A DNA stretch of 64,000 nt from Macrostomum lignano (Eukaryota): contig NIVC01000465.1 in the NCBI GenBank assembly GCA_002269645.1, positions 69,404-133,403 on the forward strand, read 5' to 3'. This document shows positions 11,400 to 24,324 of this stretch, piece by piece. The notes under the pieces were generated by a model. That model was not told where the DNA came from, made no database searches, and saw only the letters and a program-made list of their open reading frames with translations. Positions within the stretch are counted from its first letter, which is position 1. Every line of letters starts with the position of its first letter. Position numbers and translations under genes: made by a program.

Positions 11400-13428
11400 G
11401 CTGGCGCCCCTGGTGCTGGCGCGCCCCTAGTGCTGGCGCCCCTGGTGCTGGCGCGCCCCTGGTGCTGGCGCCCCTGGTGCTGGCGCCCCTGGTGCTGGCG
11501 CCCCTGGTGCTGGCGCCCCTGGTGCTGGCGCCCCTGGTGCTGGCGCCCCTGGTGCTGGCGCCCCTGGTGCTGGCGCCCCTGGTGCTGGCGCCCCTAGTGC
11601 TGGCGCCCCTGGTGCTGGCGCCCCTGGTGCTGGCGCCCCTGGTGCTAAAGCCCCTGGTGCTAAAGCCCCTGGTGCTGGCGCCCCTGGTGCTGGCGCCCCT
11701 GGTGCTGGCGCCCCTGGTGCTGGCGCCCCTGGTGCTGGCGCCCCTGGTGCTGGCGCCCCTGGTGCTGGCGCCCCTGGTGCTGGCGCCCCTGGTGCTGGCG
11801 CCCCTGGTGCTGGCGCCCCTGGTGCTGGCGCCCCTGGTGCTGGCGCCCCTGGTGCTGGCGCCCCTGATGCTGGCGCCCCTGGTGCTGGCGCCCCTGGTGC
11901 TGGCGCCCCTGGTGCTGGCGCCCCTGGTGCTGGCGCCCCTGGTGCTGGCGCCCCTGGTGCTGGCGCCCCTGGTGCTAAAGCCCCTGGTGCTGGCGCCCCT
12001 GGTGCTAAAGCCCCTGGTGCTAAAGCCCCTGGTGCTAAAGCCCCTGGTGCTAAAGCCCCTGGTGCTAAAGCCCCTGGTGCTAAAGCCCCTGGTGCTAAAG
12101 CCCCTGGTGCTAAAGCCCCTGGTGCTAAAGCCCCTGGTGCTAAAGCCCCTGGTGCTAAAGCCCCTGGTGCTAAAGCCCCTGGTGCTAAAGCCCCTGGTGC
12201 TAAAGCCCCTGGTGCTAAAGCCCTGGTGCTAAAGCCCCTGGTGCTGGCGCCCCTGGTGCTAAAGCCCCTGGTGCTAAAGCCCCTGGTGCTAAAGCCCCTG
12301 GTGCTGGCGCCCCTGGTGCTGGCGCCCCTGGTGCTAAAGCCCCTGGTGCTAAAGCCCCTGGTGCTAAAGCCCCTGGTGCTGGCGCCCCTGGTGCTGGCGC
12401 CCCTGGTGCTAAAGCCCCTGGTGCTGGCGCCCCTGGTGCTAAAGCCCCTGGTGCTAAAGCCCCTGGTGCTAAAGCCCCTGGTGCTAAAGCCCCTGGTGCT
12501 GGCGCCCTGGTGCTAAAGCCCCTGGTGCTAAAGCCCCTGGTGCTAAAGCCCCTGGTGCTAAAGCCCCTGGTGCTAAAGCCCCTGGTGCTAAAGCCCCTGG
12601 TGCTAAAGCCCCTGGTGCTAAAGCCCCTGGTGCTAAAGCCCCTGGTGCTAAAGCCCCTGGTGCTAAAGCCCCTGGTGCTGGCGCCCCTGGTGCTGGCGCC
12701 CCTGGTGCTAAAGCCCCTGGTGCTAAAGCCCCTGGTGCTAAAGCCCCTGGTGCTAAAGCCCCTGGTGCTAAAGCCCCTGGTGCTAAAGCCCCTGGTGCTA
12801 AAGCCCCTGGTGCTAAAGCCCCTGGTGCTAAAGCCCCTGGTGCTAAAGCCCCTGGTGCTAAAGCCCCTGGTGCTGGCGCCCCTGGTGCTAAAGCCCCTGG
12901 TGCTAAAGCCCCTGGTGCTAAAGCCCCTGGTGCTGGCGCCCCTGGTGCTAAAGCCCCTGGTGCTAAAGCCCCTGGTGCTAAAGCCCCTGGTGCTAAAGCC
13001 CCTGGTGCTAAAGCCCCTGGTGCTAAAGCCCCTGGTGCTAAAGCCCCTGGTGCTAAAGCCCCTGGTGCTGGCGCCCCTGGTGCTAAAGCCCCTGGTGCTA
13101 AAGCCCCTGGTGCTAAAGCCCCTGGTGCTAAAGCCCCTGGTGCTAAAGCCCCTGGTGCTGGCGCCCCTGGTGCTAAAGCCCCTGGTGCTAAAGCCCCTGG
13201 TGCTGGCGCCCCTGGTGCTAAAGCCCCTGGTGCTAAAGCCCCTGGTGCTAAAGCCCCTGGTGCTAAAGCCCCTGGTGCTAAAGCCCCTGGTGCTAAAACC
13301 CCGGATGCTAAAACCCCGGATGCTAAAACCCCGGATGCTAAAACCCCGGATGCTAAAGCCCCTGGTGCTAAAGCCCCTGGTGCTAAAGCCCCTGGTGCTA
13401 AAGCCCCTGGTGCTAAAACCCCTGGTGC
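11400..13428. repeat. 15-bp minisatellite (ctggtgctggcgccc / ctggtgctaaagccc), about 2 kb
   Basis: Direct reading; two variants that shift in frequency along the array. The [10 protein letters not shown] ORFs are artefacts. Confidence 0.98.
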
Positions 13429-13879
13429 AACTTCAAGCCTGAAGATTTTTAAACGATATTTTAATTAACAAAACGATTTTCTAAATATTCTTATCAGACT
13501 ACTGTTTGGAAGAAGCAGTGGCTAGGGACCCGTATTGAAATTATTGCTAAATATGCGGAAATGAGTTTAAAAAAAGTCTCAATACCAATTTCGTAACTTT
13601 GCAGTGTGCGAAAGGTCACAAAATTAATAATAATATACAACTCTTAATTTAAACGGAACTGGTAAAATGTCGATAAAAAACAGTTATATTGCTTTGTAAG
13701 AAACGGCTTATCAAAATCTAGGGTCATTAAAGTACGCCATTTTATTGTGGGAAATATAAAAAAGTAGATGGCGCTTATGACAGTTAGGAATTATTATTGT
13801 ACTGTATGCGGTAGCCTGGTTGCTGACATTAAGGAGCATTGATTACACCAGGGTGTACTAATTCTATGAAGTACGCTAT

Positions 13880-14160
13880 GATTAATTCTGTGACTACCTC
13901 GATCTATGACTAACTCTATGACTAACGCTATGACTAACTCTATGACTAACTCAATGAATAACTCAATGACTAACTCTATGACTAACTGTATGACTAACTC
14001 TATGACTAACTGTATGACTAACTGTATGACTAACTCTATGACTAACGCTATGACTAACTCTATGACTAACTGTATGACTAACTCAATGACTAACTCTATG
14101 ACTAACTCTGTGGCTAACTCTATGACTCACTCTGACTAATTCTTGGGTGAAGTACATGAC
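13880..14160. repeat. 12-bp minisatellite (atgactaactct)
   Basis: Direct reading. Confidence 0.95.
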
Positions 14161-14704
14161 TGACTACATGACAAACTGTACAACCAACTGTATGACCAAT
14201 ATTTTTATATTTCTATTGAACGAAATATTTATATATTTCACCTATTATTAAAAAAACAATGGAGGAATTCAATTTTCGAGATGGAAGTCTCCAGAAAGGT
14301 CACCTGAACTCGGATGAATTCGATGCATCTGCAGTCATATAATTAGCATCTCTTTCCAATTTTCTAGCAATGGGAAGAGAGAATAGAAGAACCGCCTGAA
14401 GGCATTAATCTGCATAATATTACCTCTTATATGCTATGATCTGCCGATTGTGAAGTGCTCAGCACATTTTACTATTCCGCATCAAACTCCGATTTAATGA
14501 CACTGTATCTCATTTTAGACTGGCGTACGGGGTTAGAAGATTAGTCAGAAATTCTTTAACCTCAGGCAATACCACTGCAATGTCACTTAATTCATGTTTA
14601 GAAAAATCGAAGCCGAGTTTGATACAGTGACCGATTTGATGAATCTCTGAAATCTGCCTTGGAGCTGGCAGCATTGGTTTTTTTAGCATAGGCCTGTTAA
14701 GAGA

Positions 14705-15010
14705 AATTTTGACTCTTTGGGTTGGTGGGTTTGGCTGAGGGTGTGGTGGGCCGACTTATGGGGTGGTGGCTTTGGCTCGGATGTGGAGGGGTTGACTTTT
14801 GGAGCGGTGGGTTTGATTCGGGGTGCAAAGGGATTGACTTTATGGGCAGGTGGGTTTGGCTGGGGTGTGGAAGGATGAATTGACTTTTTGGGGAGGTGGG
14901 TTTGGCTGGGGGTGAGGATGGACAGACTTTTTGGGGGTGGTGGGTTGGCTGGGGGGTGAAGATGGACAGACTTTTTGGGGTTGGTGGGTTTGGCTGGGGC
15001 TGGGGTGAGT
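14705..15010. repeat. Degenerate G/T-rich tandem repeat, about 45-50-bp unit
   Basis: Recurring ggtgggtttggctgggg...gactttt motif. Confidence 0.7.
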
Positions 15011-15039
15011 GTCTTCGGCAACATCGCCTCACACCAAGC

Positions 15040-15265
15040 GCTGAGCCAGTTCTGCCCATTCCGCTGATGCATGAGCACACAATCGCGCCAATTCTGTACG
15101 CAGGTACCTGAATTTCTAATCATCAGGCATGTACACTCCTGTGCCTTGGGGGTTGACTTTTTCATGGGTGTGTGATGGGCACGACAACCCCCCATGGCCA
15201 ATTTTCTAGGACAAGCCCCAAATGAATACAGCCTCGCACAGGGGGTCGTAACGCCAAAATCAGCT
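15040..15265 (-). mobile_element. Truncated copy of the same SINE family
   Basis: Shares atttggggct, caggca..cactc.tgtgcct and gcggaatgggcag blocks with the 10150-10497 and 25565-25918 copies. Confidence 0.5.
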
Positions 15266-15979
15266 GAGCCCCCCCCCCTATCCCTATTTTAAAACGCCAA
15301 GTTATTCTGACAGAGCCAATTACCTCAGCCTTTCAAAACAGAATATGTCTAATTAACAAAGTACACAATTGCAACTTGTGCGTTTTCGGGACGTCTGTCT
15401 GCCTTGCACTTCTGTCTCCAACCAGAGTGTGCGACAATTCGTCACTAATATCGCCACCAAATTCCTAGAAAGTGAAGGCGCTTTATACCCGCATTGCCCG
15501 GCCCAGCCAGCAAATGCAAATCTCTGCGCTCAGCTTCTTCGCACCCCCCTGCATCTATAAGTCTGCTTGGACTTTACATAGCTAATCTCCATCACTGCAC
15601 GGCCATCATCTTTGGGAGATTCCCGAGATTGAGACAAGCGGGAGAAAAAGGAAGGAAAGTTAATCGACGCAAGCCAACGAAAGAGCAGGGAGGCTCTTCT
15701 GGCTGTTCCTGTGGCAAGTGAAGCTGCACTCCATCTCTGAGCTGAGAAGGTCAGCTCCCAATGTGAGGTTCTCTCTTCCTAACTTCGCATGAGTCCATTA
15801 GCCATGGAGTATACCAATTCTGTTTCTGCAGGCTGCTTTTAATTTTAGTCCATTTGTCTTCATCTTTCACTCGATTTCTACCGGCTGATTTCAATCCGTC
15901 TCAATCCATCTCACTTTTGTCTCCCTCTCTGTGTTAATTAAATAATTTCACCAGTGAATTTATTCGTCACAGAGTTCTA

Positions 15980-16230
15980 GTCTGTCTGTCCATGTCTGTC
16001 TGTCCATGTCTGTCTGTCCATGTCTGTCTGTCCATGTCTGTCTGTCCATGTCTGTCTGTCCATGTCTGTCTGTCCATGTCTGTCTGTCCATGTCTGTCTG
16101 TCCATGTCTGTCTGTCCATGTCTGTCTGTCCATGTCTGTCGGTCCATGTCTGTCGGTCCATGTCTGTCTGTCCATGTCTGTCGGTCCATGTCTGTCGGTC
16201 CATGTCTGTCTGTCCATGTCTGTCTGTCCA

Positions 16231-16279
<49 letters not shown>

Positions 16280-16307
16280 GCCTGTTTGTCCATGTTTGTT
16301 TGTCTGT
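15980..16307. repeat. 14-bp (tctgtctgtccatg)n merging into (TCTG)n
   Basis: Direct reading. Confidence 0.95.
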
Positions 16308-16904
16308 CCCTGCAGTAAAGTTTTTGTGCAACAATCCTAAATCATTGCGCATAATCAAACCCACACAGCGGCGTCTCATTTCTGGTTCTTTACGAGCGAC
16401 CAATTCGAATCAAATAAGAAAAAGTTAATAGGAAAAGTTTTAGAACACAAAGAATGCAAGTAATGAAGGACACGAACCTTGCACCTCACCCCGAGACACC
16501 GAATGCAGGACAAACTGTAGATACAAGAATAATGAATGGGTTCTGCAGCTGCTTCTCAATCACAGTTTTTACCTGTTTCTAGTAAAGGAAATTGAACTCG
16601 AGCTCAGGCCCGCAATCTAAAACCGCAGACTCTCAAAAGATGCAATTTCCTGTGGAAAACTGCCTCCAGGAAGCCTAAAAGCAATTTCGTTGAAAAGTAT
16701 TCGGCGTGTAACTTCTTGTTTGAAGCGGAAAAAAGAAATGCAAAATTGATCTCCTTAAACTCGGTTATTTTCCTAGGATTCGCATTGCATTCAGTTCTCC
16801 GGAGTATTTCTTACAGAGGGTAGTTATCTGAATAAGGAGAAGTTTTAATAAGTAGTTTATTTGAAATTCTCACATCACTAGGAAAATTCTACTAATTGAG
16901 CGAA

Positions 16905-17995
16905 TTCTGGTGTTAATTGTGGGGAATTCTATTGTTGATTGTAGAGAATTCTATTGTTAATTGTGGGGAATTCTATTGTTGATTGTAGAGAATTCTATTG
17001 TTGATTGTGGGGAATTCTATTGTTGATTGTAGGGAATTCTATTGTTGATTGTAGGAAGTTCCATTGTTGATTGTAGGGAATTCCATTGTTGATTGTAGGG
17101 AATTCTATTGTTGATTGTAGGGAATTCTATTGTTGATTGTAGGGAATTCCATTGTTGATTGTAGGGAATTCTATTGTTGATTGTAGGGAATTCTATTGTT
17201 GATTGTAGGAAGTTCCATTGTTGATTGTAGGGAATTCCATTGTTGATTGTAGGGAATTCTATTGTTGATTGTAGGGAATTCCATTGTTGATTGTAGGGAA
17301 TTCTATTGTTGATTGTAGGGAATTCCATTGTTGATTGTAGGGAATTCTATTGTTGATTGTAGGGAATTCTATTGTTGATTGTGGGGAATTCTAGTGTTCA
17401 TTGTGGGGAATTCCATTGTTGATTGTGGGGAATTCCATTGTTGATTGTAGGAAGTTCCATTGTTGATTGTAGGGAATTCCATTGTTGATTGTGGGAATTC
17501 TATTGTTGATTGTGGGGAATTCTATTGTTGATTGTGGGGAATTCTAGTGTTCATTGTGGGGAATTCCATTGTTGATTGTGGGGAATTCTATTGTTGATTG
17601 TGGGGAATTCTATTGTTGATTGTAGGCAATTCTATTGTTGATTGTAGGCAATTCTAGTGTTGATTGTAGAGAATTCTATTGTTGATTGTAGGGAATTCTA
17701 TTGTTGATTGTAGGCAATTCTATTGTTGATTGTAGGCAATTCTAGTGTTGATTGTAGGCAATTCTATTGTTGATTGTAGGCAATTCTAGTGTTGATTGTA
17801 GGCAATTCTAGTGTTGATTGTAGGCAATTCTATTGTTGATTGTAGGCAATTCTATTGTTGATTGTAGGCAATTCTAGTGTTGATTGTAGGGAATTCTATT
17901 GTTGATTGTAGGCAATTCTATTGTTGATTGTAGGCAATTCTATTGTTGATTGTAGGGAATTCTACTTCTGATTGTGGGGAATGCCGCAGTTATCT
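16905..17995. repeat. 22-bp minisatellite (gggaattctattgttgattgta), about 1.1 kb
   Basis: Direct reading; period 22. Confidence 0.95.
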
Positions 17996-18379
17996 GTAGG
18001 GAATTCCATTGCTGGTAAATATTATGATTTACAAGCTGTAACTTCTTTGCCAGACTTAGGAGCCATCAGGGCCGTTTCGTTGTAAATGTGGCCCCCTGTT
18101 ATTCTTCGTACTCTTGCCTGCCAGAGCCACTGCAGAGCATGACAGGCTGCCTACAATTTTTTATTAAATAAGCTGCACTCAAAATGGACCGAAAAATCTG
18201 GCAAGACACGCGAAACTGGGGATGAGGGGGGAGGGGGGGCTGAGTGCCCGGACGGGGGAAAATTTACGGGAAGGCTTTGGGCGAGAGGTAACTGGCTGGG
18301 ATGTGGGCCCCGTGTTAACTTAATTACCCCCGCGGCTGCCTCCCCTGCGGCATGATTTCACTGCCTGCCTCAGCTGCTG

Positions 18380-18788
<409 letters not shown>

Positions 18789-19567
18789 GGCATGAGGGGA
18801 TTTTTTGTTGATAATCATGCTACAAAACTACGAAAGACACACGGGGATTTTTGCCCAGAATGGGGTTATAAAAAGGGATTTTGGTTTTGGCTTCCTAAAA
18901 AGCTGAGATTAAGGGTATTTCTTCTGCTCCCTGATGCCTCTTTCGCAGATGAGGAAGCCCGGATAAGAAGGCCATCAGCAGAATGCCACAGTGAAGCTCT
19001 TTGAGCCACTCTGCCTTTCCTTGGGCGGGCGGCCGCTGGATGCCGCAGAGACTCAAGCGGGAGTCTTCAGCCACAGCTTGAGAGCCTCGTGGTAACTTGT
19101 AAAGCGACGCGCCCTAGCATGGGAGGAAATCCCAATCTCTGGTATGAGCAAAGAAAGCATTTTCGGCTTGAGGACCAACTAAGGGTTGAGGGGAGCTGCC
19201 GAGAGCCAGCCTAGATGGGGAATGAGTTTGACAAATTGCGGTTCCCATAAACTAAGCGCAGAAGGATGCAAGTTGCAGTGACTGACGCTGCGCTGACAGA
19301 GCTGGAGAGGGCATCCCGAGTCGGGGGGAGCGGGAAATCCAGTTTGTCACTTGCTGGTGCACAGGCTGGAAACAGGACGGCACATCAGTAATTTCGAATT
19401 CTTCTCCGGCAGGGCCCAAACTGAGCTATGAGTGAGCAGTTTCACTCCTATTGGTTGACGGGCTTCTGCCCACCCGAATTTCTTTGCTTATCCGAGAATG
19501 AAACCTAAATATCGCGGATGCGGCTGACTGTCTGACCTAAAAATCTTCTTGCGCAAACAGGGAACGT

Positions 19568-20854
19568 TTGTTTGATAAAAATCACTACATCATTATGGAC
19601 GATGCAGTTGGCATACTTCGCGGTTACGTCATGCCTGGCGTTGTACTTTTCGGACTGCTTGGCAACGTGACAACAATGGCCATATTCCTGCTGGAAAATG
19701 CTGGAAGCCGTCGCTGGACCCGGTTCGCCGTGTATGGCATCGCTATAGCCGTCTCGGACACGTTTGCGCTGATTTTTAACACGTTTCTGGACGACTTTCT
19801 TGGCCGGGGACTCTGGTACGCGTCTGGCGGAGCAATTCTTATCAAGATTGACACTATATCCAGCGTCACCTGCAAACTGATGGAGTACATTCCCAGCGTG
19901 GCCTACTTCACTTCGTCTTATCTGCTCATCATATTCAGTCTGGACCGCACGCTGACCATATTCCGGCCGTTACAGTTTATGTCACATTTTTACATCAAAC
20001 CTACTCTGCTGATTGTCGGGTTAACTTACCTGTGCGGCCTGACTCTGATGCTGCCGATGGCTCTCATTCACGATATTCAACTGCAGAACACTAGTAAAAT
20101 TGGTCTCCAGCTTGAGCGCAAGTGCGAGCTTCAAGCACAGAGCGGCGTCAACCGGAGCCTGTCTCGCGTCATGCTCTACTTCATGACGTTCGGTTCGTTC
20201 GTTGTGCCGTCTGTCATTGTCTGCCTCCTGGGCGTTGTGATCGTGGCCAAGCTGACAGTGATTCGACGCAATAGAGCGAGTATCTTGCCAACAGCTGCCG
20301 ACAATCAGATGGAGATGAGCAGGTTCTATGCCCACCTGACCCTGGCGATCGCCTATTGCATTCTGGTCCTCCCTCTGGCTGTCAGCATCTGCGTTCGCCA
20401 GGTGTTCGAGAGCCGGCCCGAGGCCTACCAGAAGCAGCACGCCAAGTACGCCGCTTTCCTGTCGCACAACTCTCGATTCACTTCGTCTGTGAAGGATTTC
20501 AACTACGTGCTGAACTTCTGGGTGTACCTGGTGTTCGTGCGCTCGTTCAGGCGGCGATCGTTGCTTGTTGTGTCCCAGCTGCTGGTGGCCCTGCGCTGTC
20601 ATCGACTCTGCCCCGGCTGCAGCTGCTGCCTGGCCGCTGAGGATCGGGTTCAACGACTTCGCGAGGCCAAAGGCAAGTCGATTAAATCGGCCCTGTACAG
20701 ACACCGTAGTCAGCAGCAGACGGCTGTTGCTCTGGCCACCAGGACCAGTCGAGGAAAAGCAGAGCAGCAGCATCAGCAGCAGCAGCAGCTTATCAAGCAG
20801 AAGGACTACCACAATCAACCTTCGCACACTGAGCTCACCGTGACCACTGTCTGA
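19568..20854 (+). CDS. Class A GPCR, paralogue of 9044-10938; 7TM region uninterrupted
   Basis: GLLGN, IAVSD, CKLMEY..FSLDR, NFWVYLVFVRSF. First ATG at 19595; a possible acceptor (aaacag|) at 19560 may indicate an upstream exon. Confidence 0.92.
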   Translation: MFDKNHYIIMDDAVGILRGYVMPGVVLFGLLGNVTTMAIFLLENAGSRRWTRFAVYGIAIAVSDTFALIFNTFLDDFLGRGLWYASGGAILIKIDTISSVTCKLMEYIPSVAYFTSSYLLIIFSLDRTLTIFRPLQFMSHFYIKPTLLIVGLTYLCGLTLMLPMALIHDIQLQNTSKIGLQLERKCELQAQSGVNRSLSRVMLYFMTFGSFVVPSVIVCLLGVVIVAKLTVIRRNRASILPTAADNQMEMSRFYAHLTLAIAYCILVLPLAVSICVRQVFESRPEAYQKQHAKYAAFLSHNSRFTSSVKDFNYVLNFWVYLVFVRSFRRRSLLVVSQLLVALRCHRLCPGCSCCLAAEDRVQRLREAKGKSIKSALYRHRSQQQTAVALATRTSRGKAEQQHQQQQQLIKQKDYHNQPSHTELTVTTV

Positions 20855-22446
20855 TGATCAACTTTGACAACTACATGCATCTGCTCCCCCTCTTTTGCTT
20901 GTCCATGCTCTCTGACACTCAAACACGAAAAAATGAAAAAACCACCAGAAAAATGTCTGAAAATTTTGTAGTTTAATGTTGTTCTTTCACAGAGTAGCAT
21001 GTGTACTTTTGCACAGATTAGTCAAGCACTTTATAATATTATTATTGTTTTATTGTCAATGTAATTTTTGTGTGATTTTGTGACCCTAATTTTCTGTCAC
21101 GCATAGAAGAGAAAGTGTTGTACAAAACGTTTTATGTTAACAAGTACAATGATAAAAATTTTAAATGATTATAACGCAATTATTAAACAACATTAGGCGT
21201 TAAACAACCTACATGGTTAAGAGCAACTACAGTTGTACCTTAGCTTATTACAATTTTTTTATCAATCCAACTCTTTAAAAACGGCTCACCTCATGCGGTG
21301 AGGTGTCTGTCGACCCTGCATGTTTTTGAAGATCTGCATGAACACCCAGAAAGTGCAGATAAATCCGTTCGAGCAATAACTCAGTGGTACCAATCTGTTT
21401 TTGTCCGAATCTAGATTCGAAACTGACCAATATATGACGAAAAGGTAAATAGAATTTGAACATGGAGCGAAGTTCACAGGATATAGTGACTAAGGTGCTG
21501 TGCAGTTTGGCTTGGTGTCAGCCGGAAAGACACCTATACTCAGCAACATTGAAAAGCCGCCACTCTACGCGCCTGTGAGCAATTTCTCTTTGATTTTTTC
21601 TGAAATAAAAGATGCAAGAAAACTGATCGGGGTAGCTTTAATCCGTCCAACCCCCGCACACCGCTCCCCCCCACTTAATTCCTCCTCTGTGATGGCGACA
21701 TTTCGATGTTGCTGAGTCTAATTTCTGTCTCCTAGTCTCGAACCAAGGTAACGAGCTGACTATGAGCTGAATTGTTGAATGCATTATTTAGTGTCAATAA
21801 TTGGTTGTCAATTAACGTTCTATTGATGCCAATTACATGAATTCTGCTATAGCTTGGCATTTAAAGTACATCGTACTTTGCGCACAAAAAAGAGTTTAAC
21901 TAAAGTATTGAGCACATTAGCTTGTAAATGCAGTGCACAGTATAAAGTGGCAAAAAGGTTGTCAAGATGTTAACTGAGCTGACCGATTTCATCAAGCCTC
22001 TCTATTATATTTCTCTCAGGAAGCCTTTCTATCACGTAGAAACTAATTGCTATTAGATTTTAATGCAGAGAAAGTGACGCTATGAAAGGTACAGATAATC
22101 TACAAGTACATAATGATAATCTAGCACTCTAATCACTGAGAGCGTCATTCCGCGGCACGTCATGGATACCTGCCCTACCGAATCCCTAGGGATTATGCAG
22201 GTAGTGCGCTTTAATCTGATTTCTAATCCCTACTTAGTTCAGCAGCTCAACCTCCCGTCTAACGCACCTGCAAAGGATTTAATCGATGCAGAGGATTAGC
22301 TGTCACAGACTCCGTTCATATTTCTGAGAAAAATTTTGCACTCCAAAGTTTCATTTCTTTTAAAAAAACCGTGAATGTAAATGCTTGATAAACATGTACG
22401 AGACTCATCGATTCGGTGTTGAAAATATCCGAAATGGCTGTACTTA

Positions 22447-22640
22447 CCTGACCTCTTCAGTCTCCTTATCTGACACCTCTTCAGTCTCCTTACCTGACAC
22501 CTCTTCAGTCTCCTTACCTGACACATCTTCAGTCTCCTTACCTGACACTTCTGCAGTCTCCTTACCTGACACTTCTGCAGTCTCCTTACCTGACCACGTC
22601 TTCAGTCTCCTTATCTGACACCTCCTCAGTCACCTTACCT
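22447..22640. repeat. 24-bp minisatellite (cttcagtctccttacctgacacct)
   Basis: Direct reading. Confidence 0.9.
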
Positions 22641-22837
22641 GACTACTCACGCTAGTGCAGTAGCAGACCCTTTTTGAACCTTGGCCGAAACACCAAATTG
22701 TTAGCACGTAGTCTATGGCTTCAGCTGCTCATGCAGTTATAGATTAAAGATATAGAAACGATATAGAATCGGACAAAGTTTAACATAGATGTTTTGTTTT
22801 GATTAAAATCATTTTAAATAATCAACTTAAAGACTCA

Positions 22838-23134
22838 ATGATCCGCATTAGAATTCTTCACGGCAGGCGAGCCTATCTGATTGACTGCCCGCCTTGGTTC
22901 TCTGTGCTGCAACTCAAACAGCGAGTCCACCTCGCCATCCGATCGTTCCCGGAGACAGTCACCGAAATGAAGCTGATCTTCAAGGCGGAGGTTCTGCAGG
23001 ACGTCGCATCGCTGTACGCTTGCGGCGTCACCGACAACGACGTGCTAGTGCTGATCAACGTCAAAGAGGAAGAGCGACTGCGCAAGGTGATCCAAGATCG
23101 AGTCAGGACTCTGCGAGTGCGCGCTGAGAAGTGA
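22838..23134 (+). CDS. Small ubiquitin-like domain protein (98 aa), no C-terminal GG
   Basis: MIRIRI...SVLQLKQRV...KLIFKAEVLQD..SL...GVTDNDVLVLI follows the ubiquitin-fold pattern; GC-rich coding island in an AT-rich context; ATG at 22838. Confidence 0.8.
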   Translation: MIRIRILHGRRAYLIDCPPWFSVLQLKQRVHLAIRSFPETVTEMKLIFKAEVLQDVASLYACGVTDNDVLVLINVKEEERLRKVIQDRVRTLRVRAEK

Positions 23135-23249
23135 GGAGCGTTGCATGGGATTAAGAACTCGTCTCCATTTGCTCAAATAAATTGTTCAACCAAGTCCCAG
23201 ATGCTTATACTAAATGCAGCCTTAATCAGACTGAAGTTTAGACAAATTT

Positions 23250-23286
23250 AATGACTAACTAACTAACTAACTAACCTAACCAACTA

Positions 23287-23343
<57 letters not shown>

Positions 23344-23344
23344 G

Positions 23345-23422
<78 letters not shown>

Positions 23423-23476
23423 CAACTAACTAACTAACTAACTACGTAACTAACTACGTAACTAACTAACTAACTG

Positions 23477-23570
<94 letters not shown>

Positions 23571-23571
23571 G

Positions 23572-23608
<37 letters not shown>

Positions 23609-23672
23609 CGTAACTAACTAACTAACTAACTGACTAACTAACTAACTAACTGACTAACTAACTAACTAACTA
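23250..23672. repeat. (CTAA)n microsatellite
   Basis: Direct reading. Confidence 0.97.
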
Positions 23673-24180
23673 ATAATAGTTTCATCAAGAACATAAGTCA
23701 TTTAATTGAAGCTTTATATATATTGAGCCAATCTAAAGTAAATCTGCCAGTAATTATTGATTTAATAGTGTAACTAAATAGCTACTATACATTCTTACAA
23801 AAGCTTTACTCTTTCTCGTAATACGCAAGCTGCACTACTGGTACAAGTAGAAAGTAGCGTTTGTGAAAAACTTTCTAATATGAAAACCTATAGCGTTTAT
23901 AAAGCCAGTTAATAACAGAAAAGTTTGATTGTTCAAACGTAAAATGACAGAAAAGGTCAAAATCTTACTAGAGATCTGAATAAATATCAAACATATAATG
24001 TACAGCAGAATCGACTTAGATGTACATGTTATGTGACAAGGCTTTTTCAAGACAGCTTGTTAGATATTTAAGAATAAATGCATATAGTGGAACAGATTAA
24101 AACAAAATCAAAACTAGCGGCATCACTGGAATATTAAACGCCAATTTGAGTTTGTGAGTTTGTTCGCAAAATTATTATTG

Positions 24181-24324
24181 TCAGAATTTACAGTAGGGTG
24201 CAAAGTTTTCTATCTTCGCTTTGTGCTTTTGAGCAAGTTTCTCCGCAAGATCGTTGAATTGCGCAGAAGTCGTTCGCATTCTGGATGAATTGTCTGCCAG
24301 TTGCTTGACTGCGGCACCTCGTCT
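24181..24324 (-). CDS. R-SNARE (VAMP-like) coding exon resembling the tomosyn/amisyn C-terminus; not in the ORF track
   Basis: tattctgcag|AGA..TGA translates to RRGAAVKQLADNSSRMRTTSAQFNDLAEKLAQKHKAKIENFAPYCKF*. Zero-layer Arg; layer residues V,L,S,M,S,F,A,L at +4,+7,+11,+14,+18,+21,+25,+28. Confidence 0.75.
   Translation of the reverse strand, partial: RRGAAVKQLADNSSRMRTTSAQFNDLAEKLAQKHKAKIENFAPYCKF

Noticed and set aside
11462-13442. [10 protein letters not shown] repeat proteins
   Set aside because: 15-bp minisatellite with frameshifts and no real start context.
14230-14680. Short coding-looking stretches on the minus strand
   Set aside because: Stops in every frame and no family recognised.
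18900-19430. GC-richer stretch upstream of the second GPCR, possibly a decayed retroelement
   Set aside because: Translations gave no diagnostic motif.
21286-21430. Possible minus-strand exon with a strong gag|gtgagc donor
   Set aside because: No partner exon or recognisable peptide; frame ambiguous.
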